Below are positions 1 through 9,696 of a stretch of 64,000 bases of DNA, one piece after another. How positions within the stretch are numbered: the stretch's first letter is position 1; each line of letters opens with the position of its first letter. This DNA comes from Bdellovibrionota bacterium (GTDB lineage Bacteria > Bdellovibrionota_C > UBA2361 > JBIKWN01), in contig JBIKWN010000003.1 of assembly GCA_044356295.1 (NCBI GenBank), forward strand, positions 63,580-127,579. The letters run 5' to 3'. Position numbers and translations under genes: made by a program. Below the pieces are notes generated by a model that worked only from the letters and a program-made list of their open reading frames with translations, did not search any database and was not told the DNA's origin.

Positions 1-1433
1 GGATCTGATGAAGACTGACAAAGTTCATATGCAAGAAAATTAAGGGCGTCAGCATTGGAGCTGTTTAAAGTAATTGCCTGTCTTAAAACCTCAATTGCGG
101 TTTGATGATCATTTAAGTCATGGAGAAGCACCGCATAATCAAAGAGAAGTCTATCGTTCGGTTCTTGCTTCTGAAACAGCTCTTCCAGAACTACTCTTGC
201 TTCCTGTTTTTGGTTATTTTCACGGTAAAGAGACGCTACATAGAGTTCCAACTGGGGATTAAAACCTTTCTCATTTCGTAGCTCATTAATAACTTCAATT
301 GCTTTATCTAGTTTTTGAGAATTTCTGTAAGAAGTAGCTATAAAAACCTGGGCTTTCTCGTATTGAGGTTGATCAGGTTGAATTCTCTCAACGACTGTAA
401 TTGCTTGATCAAGCTTTCCCATCGCTTGGTATGCACTTGCAAGTGTCAGGATCACCTCTGCATCATCAGGATACTTGGAAAGAACAAGGTTTAGCTTTTC
501 AATGGCACCAGAATAGTTTTTCTTGGAAAGCTCAATAAGTGCTGATCCAATTTGTGCCTGGGTAGGATCTGAATCAGTATTTTCTACGATTGAGAGTTGA
601 TTGAGAGCATCATCAAGTCGATTCTCACCCACCAGAAGTTGCGCAAGGACTCTTCGTGCTAACGAATTATCAGGAGTTTTTTTAATAATTTTCTCGCAAA
701 GATTTTTTGCTTCACTGAATTTTTTTTGTTTTAAAAGTATACGCACTAATTCAAGACCAACCTCTGCTGATTCTTTACTCATTTGAAAGGCAGTCAACGC
801 CTTCTGAGAGGCCTTAATTAAATTTCCTTGTTCTTCAAACGCACGGGCACTAAAAAGATACAGTGGTATCGCATCAGGACTCTTCTTGATTGCTTCATCA
901 AGTAAATCATTTCCTTTTTTGAAATTTTTCTCTTTAAATTCTATCGCTGCCTGCATTAAAAGTGGCTCAATCGCTTCTTTGTTCGCAAGAGAAGCTTTTT
1001 CGTAATAATTTTTCGCTTCTGATGAACGATTTAATGCTTCAAGGATACCTGCATGGAGTGTTAATACATCTCCATCTTCAGGAGATTCTAAAACTGCTTT
1101 ACTACTTTGCTTTAATGCTTTTTCTAAATTTCCAGAGCGAAGCTCTAACGTAGCCAACCTCTTAGAAATTTCCGAGGATGGAGTCGATGCTAGTTCATTT
1201 GCCCGATTTAAATTTTCGATGGCTTTAGGAAGATTGTCTTTTTTACTTTCAAGCTCTCCGATAATAAAGCTATGAAAACTTTGAGAGCTTCTCTGTACTT
1301 CGGTATCCAAGGATCGGCGGTTTTGCGTCAAATCCACGATTTCAGGAATTACGCCTTTATTCTTTCCAGAACAACCCAAGAGACAAACAATAAAAGTAAG
1401 ATATATTCGAAAATAGTTGATTTCTTTCAACAT
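1..1433 (-). CDS. TPR-repeat lipoprotein (partial, runs off left edge)
   Basis: Not in the ORF track. Manual translation from ATG at 1433 gives MLKEINYFRIYLTFIVCLLGCSGKNK (lipobox-like LLGC), and the same frame at the left edge gives TPR-like helices LLFDYAVLLHDLNDHQTAIEVLRQAITLNSSNADALNFLAY. Confidence 0.8.
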   Translation of the reverse strand, partial: MLKEINYFRIYLTFIVCLLGCSGKNKGVIPEIVDLTQNRRSLDTEVQRSSQSFHSFIIGELESKKDNLPKAIENLNRANELASTPSSEISKRLATLELRSGNLEKALKQSSKAVLESPEDGDVLTLHAGILEALNRSSEAKNYYEKASLANKEAIEPLLMQAAIEFKEKNFKKGNDLLDEAIKKSPDAIPLYLFSARAFEEQGNLIKASQKALTAFQMSKESAEVGLELVRILLKQKKFSEAKNLCEKIIKKTPDNSLARRVLAQLLVGENRLDDALNQLSIVENTDSDPTQAQIGSALIELSKKNYSGAIEKLNLVLSKYPDDAEVILTLASAYQAMGKLDQAITVVERIQPDQPQYEKAQVFIATSYRNSQKLDKAIEVINELRNEKGFNPQLELYVASLYRENNQKQEARVVLEELFQKQEPNDRLLFDYAVLLHDLNDHQTAIEVLRQAITLNSSNADALNFLAYELCQSSSD

Positions 1434-1537
1434 AAGTCGCCTAGTTTACCCTTTTCTAGGATTCGAATATACCTAAAATATCTGTTATACTCGATATGGA
1501 TTTTTTAAGTATTTTCTCTAAATAAGGATAATTCACA

Positions 1538-2419
1538 ATGAACAGTAAAGTTGGGGATCTTAAAGTTGGACTCTCTGAGATGCTTTGTAACGGTGTCATT
1601 ATGGATGTCGTAAACGTCGAGCAAGCTAAAGTTGCTGAAGATTCCGGTGCAATCGCTGTAATGGCACTTGAAAGAGTTCCTTTTGATATTCGTCGAGACG
1701 GCGGAGTCGCTCGAATGAGTGATCCCCAAATGATTGAAGGAATTAAAGCGTCCGTCAGTATTCCAGTGATGGCAAAGGTTCGTATCGGCCACCTTGCTGA
1801 AGCGCAAATCCTAGAAGAGATTGGTATTGATTTTATCGATGAATCAGAAGTTCTTACTCCGGCTGATCCAACTCACCATATCAATAAATTTGATTTTAAA
1901 ACTCCCTTCGTATGTGGTGCATGTAATCTTGGTGAAGCTCTTCGACGTGTTGCTGAGGGGGCTGCTCTTATTAGAACCAAAGGTGAACCAGGTACGGGAA
2001 ATGTGATTGAAGCCGTTAGACACATGAAACAAATTACTCATGAAATAAATGCTCTCTCTCAGATGTCAGAAGCAGAACTTCAAGAAAAAGCTCGTGAATT
2101 TAGAGTCACCCTTGATTTAGTTAATTGGGTAAAAGCGAATAAAAAAATTCCAGTTCCTAATTTTGCAGCTGGTGGAATTGCAACTCCTGCAGATGCTGCT
2201 CTTCTTCGCCAACTTGGTGCTGAAACTGTTTTTGTTGGTTCTGGAATTTTTAAATCTGAGAATCCTGCACGACTTGCAAAAGCAATTGTTGAAGCCACCT
2301 GTAATTACAACGATCCTAAAAAACTTCTCGAAGTTTCAAGAGGGCTCGGAAAAGCAATGTTTGGTCTTGAAATGAGAACAATTCCAGAAGATCAAAAACT
2401 TGCAAATCGCGGTTGGTAA
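1538..2419 (+). CDS. pdxS: Pyridoxal 5'-phosphate synthase lyase subunit
   Basis: [43 protein letters not shown] and [14 protein letters not shown] motifs. Confidence 0.98.
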   Translation: MNSKVGDLKVGLSEMLCNGVIMDVVNVEQAKVAEDSGAIAVMALERVPFDIRRDGGVARMSDPQMIEGIKASVSIPVMAKVRIGHLAEAQILEEIGIDFIDESEVLTPADPTHHINKFDFKTPFVCGACNLGEALRRVAEGAALIRTKGEPGTGNVIEAVRHMKQITHEINALSQMSEAELQEKAREFRVTLDLVNWVKANKKIPVPNFAAGGIATPADAALLRQLGAETVFVGSGIFKSENPARLAKAIVEATCNYNDPKKLLEVSRGLGKAMFGLEMRTIPEDQKLANRGW

Positions 2420-2432
2420 TCTAAGGAATACA

Positions 2433-3002
2433 ATGAAGGTCGGTGTCCTAGCACTTCAGGGAGCTATTACTCCTCACATTCAAAAAATTACGGCTCTGGG
2501 GCACGAAGCAATACGTGTTACTAATCAAGAGCTACTGCAAAAATGTGATGCACTAATCCTTCCAGGAGGAGAAAGCTCAACGATGCTAAAGCTTATTGAT
2601 TCAAATAAGCTTTTTGAACCACTAAAAATTTTCTTTGAGACAAAACCTGTGTGGGGAACCTGCGCTGGTGCGATTCTTCTTGCCTCTGAGGTTACTCATC
2701 CAGTTCAGAAATGTTTTGCAGCTATTGATATTAAAGCTGAAAGAAATGCATATGGTTCGCAGCTTGATTCGTTTAGCACCGATATTATATTCCCTCCCCT
2801 CAATAAGAATATTTCAGTGGATTTTATTCGGGCTCCAAAAATTACACCTCTCAATAGTGAGGTTGAAGTTATTTCGGAATTGAGCGGCTATCCAGTCTGT
2901 TGCAAACAGAAAAATATTCTCGTTACAACATTTCATACTGAGCTTGGTGCGTCAGATGATTTTCATCGATGGTTAATTAATAGCTACTTCCAGAGCTTTT
3001 GA
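2433..3002 (+). CDS. pdxT: Pyridoxal 5'-phosphate synthase glutaminase subunit
   Basis: VGVLALQG, LILPGGESS, WGTCAGAILL, RNAYGSQ, FIRAP and FHTEL motifs; follows pdxS; ATG at 2433 after AAGGA. Confidence 0.96.
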   Translation: MKVGVLALQGAITPHIQKITALGHEAIRVTNQELLQKCDALILPGGESSTMLKLIDSNKLFEPLKIFFETKPVWGTCAGAILLASEVTHPVQKCFAAIDIKAERNAYGSQLDSFSTDIIFPPLNKNISVDFIRAPKITPLNSEVEVISELSGYPVCCKQKNILVTTFHTELGASDDFHRWLINSYFQSF

Positions 3003-4399
3003 TAATCTGCGCTTTTTGAAAAAGGCGGACATTCTGGCGCATGTACCTTAACAAGTCTTGGAGCATCAAAATCAACACCAAGAAGAAGCATCTCACCGGA
3101 CCTAAGTTGCGGCACGAGTCCTATCATATCGCGACTCATCGCTCCTGCGGCCTTCTCAACAATTTCGATATCATAATGATTTATCAATCGGTGAACTAAA
3201 ACTGATCCCATTTGGCTAAGGATATCTTCCGGAATATCCCGAGGACGCTGAGTTGCAAGACATAAACTTAGTCCGTATTTCCTTCCTTCTTTCGCGATAA
3301 GACCAAAAGAGTTTATAGAAGCACCTTCTTTAAGCTGCTCTTCAAATTTCTGATTTAAAAATTGGTGCGCTTCGTCTACAAAAACTACTACTGGCAGATG
3401 ACGAAATACTTCTTCACGGGCTAATTCTAAAAGATGTCTGGCTAAAGCATTTGCAAGAATCTCTCGAGCACTATAATCGAAAGGAACATACTTTAAAGAA
3501 ACTCTAAGGATTCTCGACACTGGATCCTTTAAGAAAGTGTGAATTTCATCAAATAACGAAGGAAGCTCTTCAGTTTGAAAGATACATGCAAGTTGAGGAA
3601 GTGAAATAATATCAGAGATTCTACTTACCAATGAATTGCACTGAGCTAATTCAAGAGGATTAACACCACCCCAAATAAGTGGCTCTACTGCACTCCTAAA
3701 TGGATCAACACACTCATGTTGTACTTGTCGAACTAGATCGCTAATTTCAAAAAGAGCATAAGGACTTTCGAGCTCACTGTTATAAATCGAGCACTGCTCT
3801 TCATATTCAGTTTTTAACCGATGCGCCTTCATGATGGTTCCATCAACTGTAAGTTGAGGAGCAAGGCGAGCAAGCTTTAAACTTTTCATTGCTGCACGAA
3901 GTTTTGGTCCTTGACTTGATCCAGATGGTTGAAAGATCGTTACAAGGTCGCTTTCACGAAGATGGAAATAAGGAACGCTTACTGCCATCGATCCTTCGGC
4001 AGGCTCAGGATCGTTTCCAACGTATACATGTCTGACTCCGTGGGATAAGGTGAAAAATTCACCTGTTGCATCTAGTAGAATTACTTTTGATCTTACTTTT
4101 GCACACTCTTCGAGCATCCTTGCGACTGTCCAACTTTTTCCTCCTCCAGTTGCTCCAATCACAGCGCAGTGTCTTCCGAAAAGTTGTTCAGGTGACGCGT
4201 CTATTGGAATAGATGGATCACTCTTTAATGTTCCAATTGAAAAAGTCATTGCTGGTTTTGGCGTAGCAGGTTTAGGAACCTCTTGTTGAGGTTTTGTTGA
4301 TACCGGATGAGAAGTAACACCCCCTGCTCGAATTACAGTAGCGGCGGCTTTGGGTTTAATTCCGTGAAATCCGTATTGGGGTTTTGTTTCATCATTCAT
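2984..4399 (-). CDS. HerA/FtsK-family (DUF87) ATPase, apparently lacking the N-terminal HAS barrel
   Basis: LFGRHCAVIGATGGGKS (Walker A), LLDATGEF, VFVDEAH (Walker B), IAKEGRKYG, ATQRP and LSQMG..HRL motifs. Confidence 0.88.
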   Translation of the reverse strand: MNDETKPQYGFHGIKPKAAATVIRAGGVTSHPVSTKPQQEVPKPATPKPAMTFSIGTLKSDPSIPIDASPEQLFGRHCAVIGATGGGKSWTVARMLEECAKVRSKVILLDATGEFFTLSHGVRHVYVGNDPEPAEGSMAVSVPYFHLRESDLVTIFQPSGSSQGPKLRAAMKSLKLARLAPQLTVDGTIMKAHRLKTEYEEQCSIYNSELESPYALFEISDLVRQVQHECVDPFRSAVEPLIWGGVNPLELAQCNSLVSRISDIISLPQLACIFQTEELPSLFDEIHTFLKDPVSRILRVSLKYVPFDYSAREILANALARHLLELAREEVFRHLPVVVFVDEAHQFLNQKFEEQLKEGASINSFGLIAKEGRKYGLSLCLATQRPRDIPEDILSQMGSVLVHRLINHYDIEIVEKAAGAMSRDMIGLVPQLRSGEMLLLGVDFDAPRLVKVHAPECPPFSKSADYQKLWK

Positions 4400-4655
4400 A
4401 AGTGGTTAACCTGTGTTAGATGAACAAAATTTCGTAAAAGATTCAAGGATTTAGTGTCGAAATGGCAGGTCTGGATAGGAAAAGCTTGTTGGGATGCCTA
4501 TGTGTTTGATTTCATCCCTAAAACATATGCCTGGAACCATTGCATAGGTCATTTGCTATGTAACTACCTGAAATAAATAGCGGTACTCTTTGCGAATTAT
4601 AGAACCAATTTCTCTCAATAGTTCGATTGATCTTGAACCATTAGGAGTAGAAAAC

Positions 4656-5111
4656 ATGTTTGCAGATAAAACGGTTAAACAGGAGCAGAAGCTACAAAAA
4701 TGGCATGGTGGTATCGTTGGACCGCGCGACCCTTTCACTATGAATGAATTAAAAGAAATGTCTCAGATCGGGCCTTCTTTGGTAAAGCAAATAGCTCACC
4801 TTGTTAAAGATGGCTCTAAGTCAATTCAACTAGGAGATGGAAAAGCTACAATTAGTTCCCAGGTAGAAGATGGAAAGCGCCTTTATCATCTTAGGTTTCC
4901 TGTCACTGGTTCAGACCATATAAAGGGACATTTTAATATTAAATTTGATATGGATGGATACATTTCATCTGCGAGAAAATTTAGTCACGATACTCGTATA
5001 AAGCTCAGTCCAAAAGAAATACAATTGGACGAAATTATAGAAGTCTCAGTACGAGAAGCTTTGCAGTTAACCAAGCATATGCTTGGAACTTTTCAGAAAG
5101 CGAAAAAATAA
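4656..5111 (+). CDS. Hypothetical protein
   Basis: Open frame 4590-5111; AGGAG Shine-Dalgarno precedes ATG at 4656; no recognisable motif. Confidence 0.6.
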   Translation: MFADKTVKQEQKLQKWHGGIVGPRDPFTMNELKEMSQIGPSLVKQIAHLVKDGSKSIQLGDGKATISSQVEDGKRLYHLRFPVTGSDHIKGHFNIKFDMDGYISSARKFSHDTRIKLSPKEIQLDEIIEVSVREALQLTKHMLGTFQKAKK

Positions 5112-5124
5112 ATGGGAAATTTAC

Positions 5125-5281
5125 TCAGCTTGCTGCCTGAGCACGAACTTGAGTTTTAAACTGTTCAAGATCCCATTTTCCTACAGCTTCACAAACACTA
5201 TCGTCTCCGTTTTGGATCTCTTGTTTTAATTCGATAAGACGAAGATCTTTCAACTCGTCACGCTCTTTTAAGAGGCGAAGA
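5125..5281 (-). pseudogene. C-terminal remnant of a ParD-family antitoxin
   Basis: LRLLKERDELKDLRLIELKQEIQNGDDS...WDLEQFKTQVRA resembles the C-terminal half of ParD-like antitoxins; the N-terminal RHH part and a credible start are missing. Confidence 0.55.
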
Positions 5282-5299
5282 GAGAAAAAGCCATTAAAT

Positions 5300-5611
5300 T
5301 TATAATAGATCTTCAAGGATCATAGGAAGATCGCGTGATCCATGGATTACATCGAGCACCTCAATTCCATCCTCAACAGGCCTATAGAAAATAAGATATT
5401 TTTCAAAATCGGAAACTCTCCAAATGCGCACACCTGTTAGTCTTCGACTAAGAGATCGCAAAGGTCGCCCCATTTCAGGATTTTTCTCAAGTAAGGCAAA
5501 TGAGCTTTCGACCGACTCAACAAAACGAAGAGCAACTTCTGGATTTTCCTCTATGATCCAATCAGTTTGCTCGTTAATAGAAAGAACTGCCTTACGGCGC
5601 TTAAGAATCAT
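5300..5611 (-). CDS. Type II toxin, RelE/ParE family
   Basis: ENPEVALRFV..LEKNPEMGR..GVRIWRV..YLIFYR..IEVLDVIHGSRD; ATGA overlap with the upstream antitoxin. Confidence 0.92.
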   Translation of the reverse strand: MILKRRKAVLSINEQTDWIIEENPEVALRFVESVESSFALLEKNPEMGRPLRSLSRRLTGVRIWRVSDFEKYLIFYRPVEDGIEVLDVIHGSRDLPMILEDLL

Positions 5612-5886
5612 TTACTCTTTTTCGCACGGGCAGCAATTTTTGTCTTTACGGCAGTTTTGATTTCATCCCAATCCGCTGAGGTCATTGGTGTTGCTTCGCC
5701 GCTATCAAGAGAAGCGAGAAGTCTCCGTTCCAATTCTTCTTGAGCTTGTCGTTTTTGATCTTCTCGAATTAAGGCACGAATAAGATCACTAATACTGCCA
5801 AAGCCATCAACCTTCACGCGAGACTCGAGATAAGACCGCATTGGCGTAGGAAGAGAGATGTTGATTGTGGTGAGTTCTTTTTCCAT
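5608..5886 (-). CDS. Type II antitoxin, ParD/RHH family
   Basis: TTINISLP..YLESRVKVDGFGSISDLIRALIREDQKR..LLASLDSGEATPMT..DWDEI. Confidence 0.92.
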   Translation of the reverse strand: MEKELTTINISLPTPMRSYLESRVKVDGFGSISDLIRALIREDQKRQAQEELERRLLASLDSGEATPMTSADWDEIKTAVKTKIAARAKKSK

Positions 5887-5892
5887 AATTGT

Positions 5893-5922
5893 AAGATACC
5901 ATAAAATGAGATTTTATGTCAA
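5893..5922 (-). promoter_or_regulatory. Sigma70 promoter of the TA operon with overlapping palindromic operator
   Basis: Minus strand TTGACA(5922-5917)-18 nt-TATCTT(5898-5893) with TGn extension; inverted repeat CATAAAAT-GAG-ATTTTATG at 5900-5918. Confidence 0.75.
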
Positions 5923-6223
5923 TTTATATCATTTATGCCATGGCCAAAAACACTAGGTTTCGGCCAGTGACGTTTCACCCCTACTTTTCAGTGTTTTTAC
6001 GCTCTTAATTATATGGGGCTTTTGGCCATACTATAATTTTGCTTCTATACAGATAAATAAAAGGAGCTCTTTCTAACAACTTTACACTTTGAATGAATAT
6101 GTTTGGCGATGGCTCAGGTTTTGAATTTTCTTGCTATTTTTGTTTAAGTTTCATGTTCTAAAACTCTCTATCTAGCAGTTATGTTTCGCACGAATCTATC
6201 GATAAATTTTATTAGCCTGAGTT

Positions 6224-7147
6224 TTAATAGTTATCCTCAAGTCCTTTCTGAGGTCGTGTCTTCCACCTTCGATGCATCCAAAACCACCCTTCAGGAAAAC
6301 CGAGAATATGTTTCTCAAAAGCTGCTGAAGCTCTTTTGGTAACTTCAAGAATTTTATCATCTTTACTGAGTGATTCATCACGGTAAATTTCTGAACATTC
6401 AACGTGACTCGTAATCAGTTCATACTTATTTATGTCATGGTTATATTTCAACGAAATTGCAAGGACATGTGCTTCACTTTTAACTGCAGCTAATCCAAGT
6501 GTAAAAGTAGTAGCAGCAAGGGTGCCAAACCAAGGAACAAAAAGTGCATAATTACTTTTTACATTTTGATCAAAAAGTAGTGCGCAGTCTTTTCCATCAG
6601 ATAAGAGTTGCAGCATTTTCTGTACAGCACCTTTTCTGGGAATAATTTTATTGCCATTATGTTCGCGCTTTCTGGTCCACCATTCATCAAGATAAGGAAG
6701 TTCGAAATTTCTTACTATAAAATTTACGGGGTACCCTTTTAAAGCAACTACATGGGCCATAAGCTCAAAACTTCCTAGATGACCAGCAGCATATAGTATC
6801 GGTCTATGAGGAGTTTCTGAACGTAGCTTTTTAAACAAGCCTTCATCAATAGTAACATTTTCATCAACCCACTTTTTATCAAGATCAGTGAGTCGACCAA
6901 AATCAATGATAAGTCTTGCAATTTCTCGGATACTTTTAAAATAGGTCTCTTGATGGAATGATTTAGATTCGTTTGGGTATACTCTTTCTAGGTTTTTTAA
7001 AGAAACTTCTTTATAACTTGGAATAAAGAAGATTCCAGCGCGAAGAATAGCTTCAACGATGTCGATTCGCCCCTTTACGGGAAAGAAGTTAAGAAGAGCA
7101 AATAGCCCTCTAATAAACCACAATGAAATAAGATCGACAAAAATCAA
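6224..7147 (-). CDS. Lipid A late acyltransferase (LpxL/HtrB family)
   Basis: GHLGSFEL, LLFDQN, FVPWFG..A.T and PEGWFWMHRRWKTRP motifs. Confidence 0.9.
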   Translation of the reverse strand: MIFVDLISLWFIRGLFALLNFFPVKGRIDIVEAILRAGIFFIPSYKEVSLKNLERVYPNESKSFHQETYFKSIREIARLIIDFGRLTDLDKKWVDENVTIDEGLFKKLRSETPHRPILYAAGHLGSFELMAHVVALKGYPVNFIVRNFELPYLDEWWTRKREHNGNKIIPRKGAVQKMLQLLSDGKDCALLFDQNVKSNYALFVPWFGTLAATTFTLGLAAVKSEAHVLAISLKYNHDINKYELITSHVECSEIYRDESLSKDDKILEVTKRASAAFEKHILGFPEGWFWMHRRWKTRPQKGLEDNY

Positions 7148-7212
7148 AAGAAATTCCCTCTAAACCAGCCCCCTATCCTACTCGCTCTGAGGATTCTGTT
7201 CTATACTCTGGT

Positions 7213-7755
7213 ATGCAAATTTTTCGTTCTTTTTTATCGCTCCTCATAGCAAGTTTTATCTCTTGTACGTTTGTTTATGCTGAAACGTTCAAAGGAACGG
7301 TAACCAGAATCATAGACGGTGATACCATTCGTGTTACTGTTAAAAAAAGCAATATAAAGGTACGCCTGATAGGAATTGATGCACTAGAAAAAATCGATAA
7401 TCCAAAAGCTCAAAAAGACTCCCTGCGTCTTAATCAAACTCAAGAATTTGCAAAAAAAGGAGGTTTTGAGGCTCGAAACTACCTATCAACATTAATTGCC
7501 CCAGGCGACACTATAACCCTTGAGACCGACAGATCCAGATATGATCAATACGGCAGAACTCTTGCCTATATTTTTGATTCGGAAGGAACGTTTATAAATA
7601 AAAAATTAATCCTTGATGGATATGCTGGTCTTTTAATTTATGCCCCTAATGATTCAAGAGCAAGAGAGCTAAGCGATGCATTTGATGATTCAAAAAATAA
7701 CAAGCGAGGACTTTGGAATGAGGGCTTTAATCTTACATATAGATGGAAGAGATAA
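7213..7755 (+). CDS. Secreted thermonuclease (SNase-like)
   Basis: Signal peptide; RIIDGDTI, VRLIGIDALE, DQYGRTLAYIF and KRGLW motifs. Confidence 0.92.
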   Translation: MQIFRSFLSLLIASFISCTFVYAETFKGTVTRIIDGDTIRVTVKKSNIKVRLIGIDALEKIDNPKAQKDSLRLNQTQEFAKKGGFEARNYLSTLIAPGDTITLETDRSRYDQYGRTLAYIFDSEGTFINKKLILDGYAGLLIYAPNDSRARELSDAFDDSKNNKRGLWNEGFNLTYRWKR

Positions 7756-7758
7756 ACT

Positions 7759-9690
7759 ATGAGTTGTCATGCCTGCGATAGCGAAACGGACTGTGTCACT
7801 GATAGATCGTCACACGATCTGCGAAGATTTTTATTTTGCGCATTCTTCACAGTCCCCCTGCTCCTTCATATGGTTTTGCCTTTCCATCTTCTTCATAACC
7901 ATTGGTTTCAGTTAGCACTTTCGTTTCCAGTCGTCTTAGTAGGCGCCGTTTACTTTGCACCAAGTGCAATAAAGTCCTTATCTCGATTTTATCCAAATAT
8001 GGACGTACTAATTGTTATTGGATTTTTAAGTGCGTTTTTTTATAGCTTAGCCGGTATTTATCTTGGTCGCCCAAAAGAATTTTTATTTTTTGAAACTGCA
8101 GCTTCTATTGTTTGTTATACCCTTTTAGGAAATCTTCTTGAGCACCGCTCAGATGCTAAAACAAACGCAAGTATCTCTGAGCTACTTTTACTTCAACCAA
8201 AAAAAGCTAAAAAAGTTTCTGGCACAGGTTCATTAAAAACTTTTTTTGAGTGCGATATTACTGATGTAAAAGTACACGATCGTCTTTATGTTGGAACAGG
8301 AGACACCATTCCATGCGATGCAATAGTTGATTCCGGAGATCTGCTCGTCAATGAAGCTATTATTACGGGCGAATCACTTCCCCTTGAAAAATCAAAGAAT
8401 GATACCGTGCTCTCAGGTACTGTTGTTGAACAGGGAAACGCTGAGATACTCGTTACTGCAGATAGTAGTAGTTCAATGCTCTCAGAGATCATAAGAACTG
8501 TTTCAAAAGCTAAAGATGCTAAGCCTGCAATTCAAAGAATTGGTGATACCGTAAGTGCTATTTTTGTTCCGACGGTACTTTTAATTGCAACAGCTGCGTT
8601 TTTATACTCACTCTTCGGCGCTGGAAACGATCTTACAGAATCTATATTAAGAGGAATCGCTGTACTCGTTGTAGCCTGTCCTTGTGCAATGGGACTTGCA
8701 ACCCCTACAGCAGTTACAGTTGCAATTGGGCGAGCTGCACGTTCAGGTTTACTGATTAAAGGAGGTGATATTCTAGAAAGAGTTGCTTCTATTACTCATT
8801 TTATATTTGATAAAACTGGCACAATTACTACTGGCTCATTTGAAATTGAAAAAATAGTCCTCTCTGAACAAGCTACTGAAGAAGAAAAGTCACAGGTAGG
8901 ATCTATTATTCGCTCACTTGAGCAGTTTTCAACTCATCCTATAGCAACGTCTCTTTCTCGCATCTATCAAAACGAACCAATCATTGACTTTGATCGTGTT
9001 GATGAAAAAAAAGGTTTGGGTATAGAAGGAGTAACAAAAAGCGGAATACAATACAGTTTAGGTTCCCAAAAAATGTTTTCTCACCTTAAAGATATTCCGT
9101 TAGGTGATGTCATTATCACCAAGAATAAAATTTTTCTTGCTGCTCTTTATATCAAAGATCAAATTCACCCTTCTGCTTCAGATGTTTTAAATACACTTCA
9201 CAATGAAAAGTATTTACTGACACTTTTAAGTGGTGATAGAAAAGAAAAATGTGATGCTTTAGAAAAGACACTTCCTTTTGATGTTATCTTGAGTGAAAAG
9301 CAGCCATCCGAAAAACTTCAAGAGATTACTGCATTACAGAAAAATTCACTCGTAGGGTATGTTGGAGATGGAGTTAATGATGCTCCAAGTTTAACCGCTG
9401 CAAGCGTTGGTGTCTCTTTTGGTGAAGCAACAGGAGCTGCAATCGCATCTGCTTCAGTTGTTATTCTTTCTCATGATTTAACAAAAGTTTTAGAACTTGT
9501 TCACTTATCTAAACGAACAGTACTTACAATCAAGCAAAATCTTTTTTGGGCTTTTTTCTATAATATTTTAATGATTCCTCTCGCGGCATTTGGATTTCTT
9601 GCACCAAGCTTTGCAGCACTAGCAATGGCACTATCTGATGTGTTTGTTATCGGAAACTCTTTGCGCCTTCGAACAATACGTTTAAAGTAA
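7759..9690 (+). CDS. copA: P1B-type heavy-metal (probably Cu+) translocating ATPase
   Basis: NMDVL, FFETAA, TGES, ACPCAMGLATP, FDKTGT, HP, GDGVNDAP and WAFFYN motifs. Confidence 0.88.
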   Translation: MSCHACDSETDCVTDRSSHDLRRFLFCAFFTVPLLLHMVLPFHLLHNHWFQLALSFPVVLVGAVYFAPSAIKSLSRFYPNMDVLIVIGFLSAFFYSLAGIYLGRPKEFLFFETAASIVCYTLLGNLLEHRSDAKTNASISELLLLQPKKAKKVSGTGSLKTFFECDITDVKVHDRLYVGTGDTIPCDAIVDSGDLLVNEAIITGESLPLEKSKNDTVLSGTVVEQGNAEILVTADSSSSMLSEIIRTVSKAKDAKPAIQRIGDTVSAIFVPTVLLIATAAFLYSLFGAGNDLTESILRGIAVLVVACPCAMGLATPTAVTVAIGRAARSGLLIKGGDILERVASITHFIFDKTGTITTGSFEIEKIVLSEQATEEEKSQVGSIIRSLEQFSTHPIATSLSRIYQNEPIIDFDRVDEKKGLGIEGVTKSGIQYSLGSQKMFSHLKDIPLGDVIITKNKIFLAALYIKDQIHPSASDVLNTLHNEKYLLTLLSGDRKEKCDALEKTLPFDVILSEKQPSEKLQEITALQKNSLVGYVGDGVNDAPSLTAASVGVSFGEATGAAIASASVVILSHDLTKVLELVHLSKRTVLTIKQNLFWAFFYNILMIPLAAFGFLAPSFAALAMALSDVFVIGNSLRLRTIRLK

Positions 9691-9696
9691 GTATCT

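Noticed and set aside
74..1508. Short plus-strand ORFs in the track (74, 601, 962, 1272)
   Set aside because: Antisense shadows of the minus-strand TPR lipoprotein gene.
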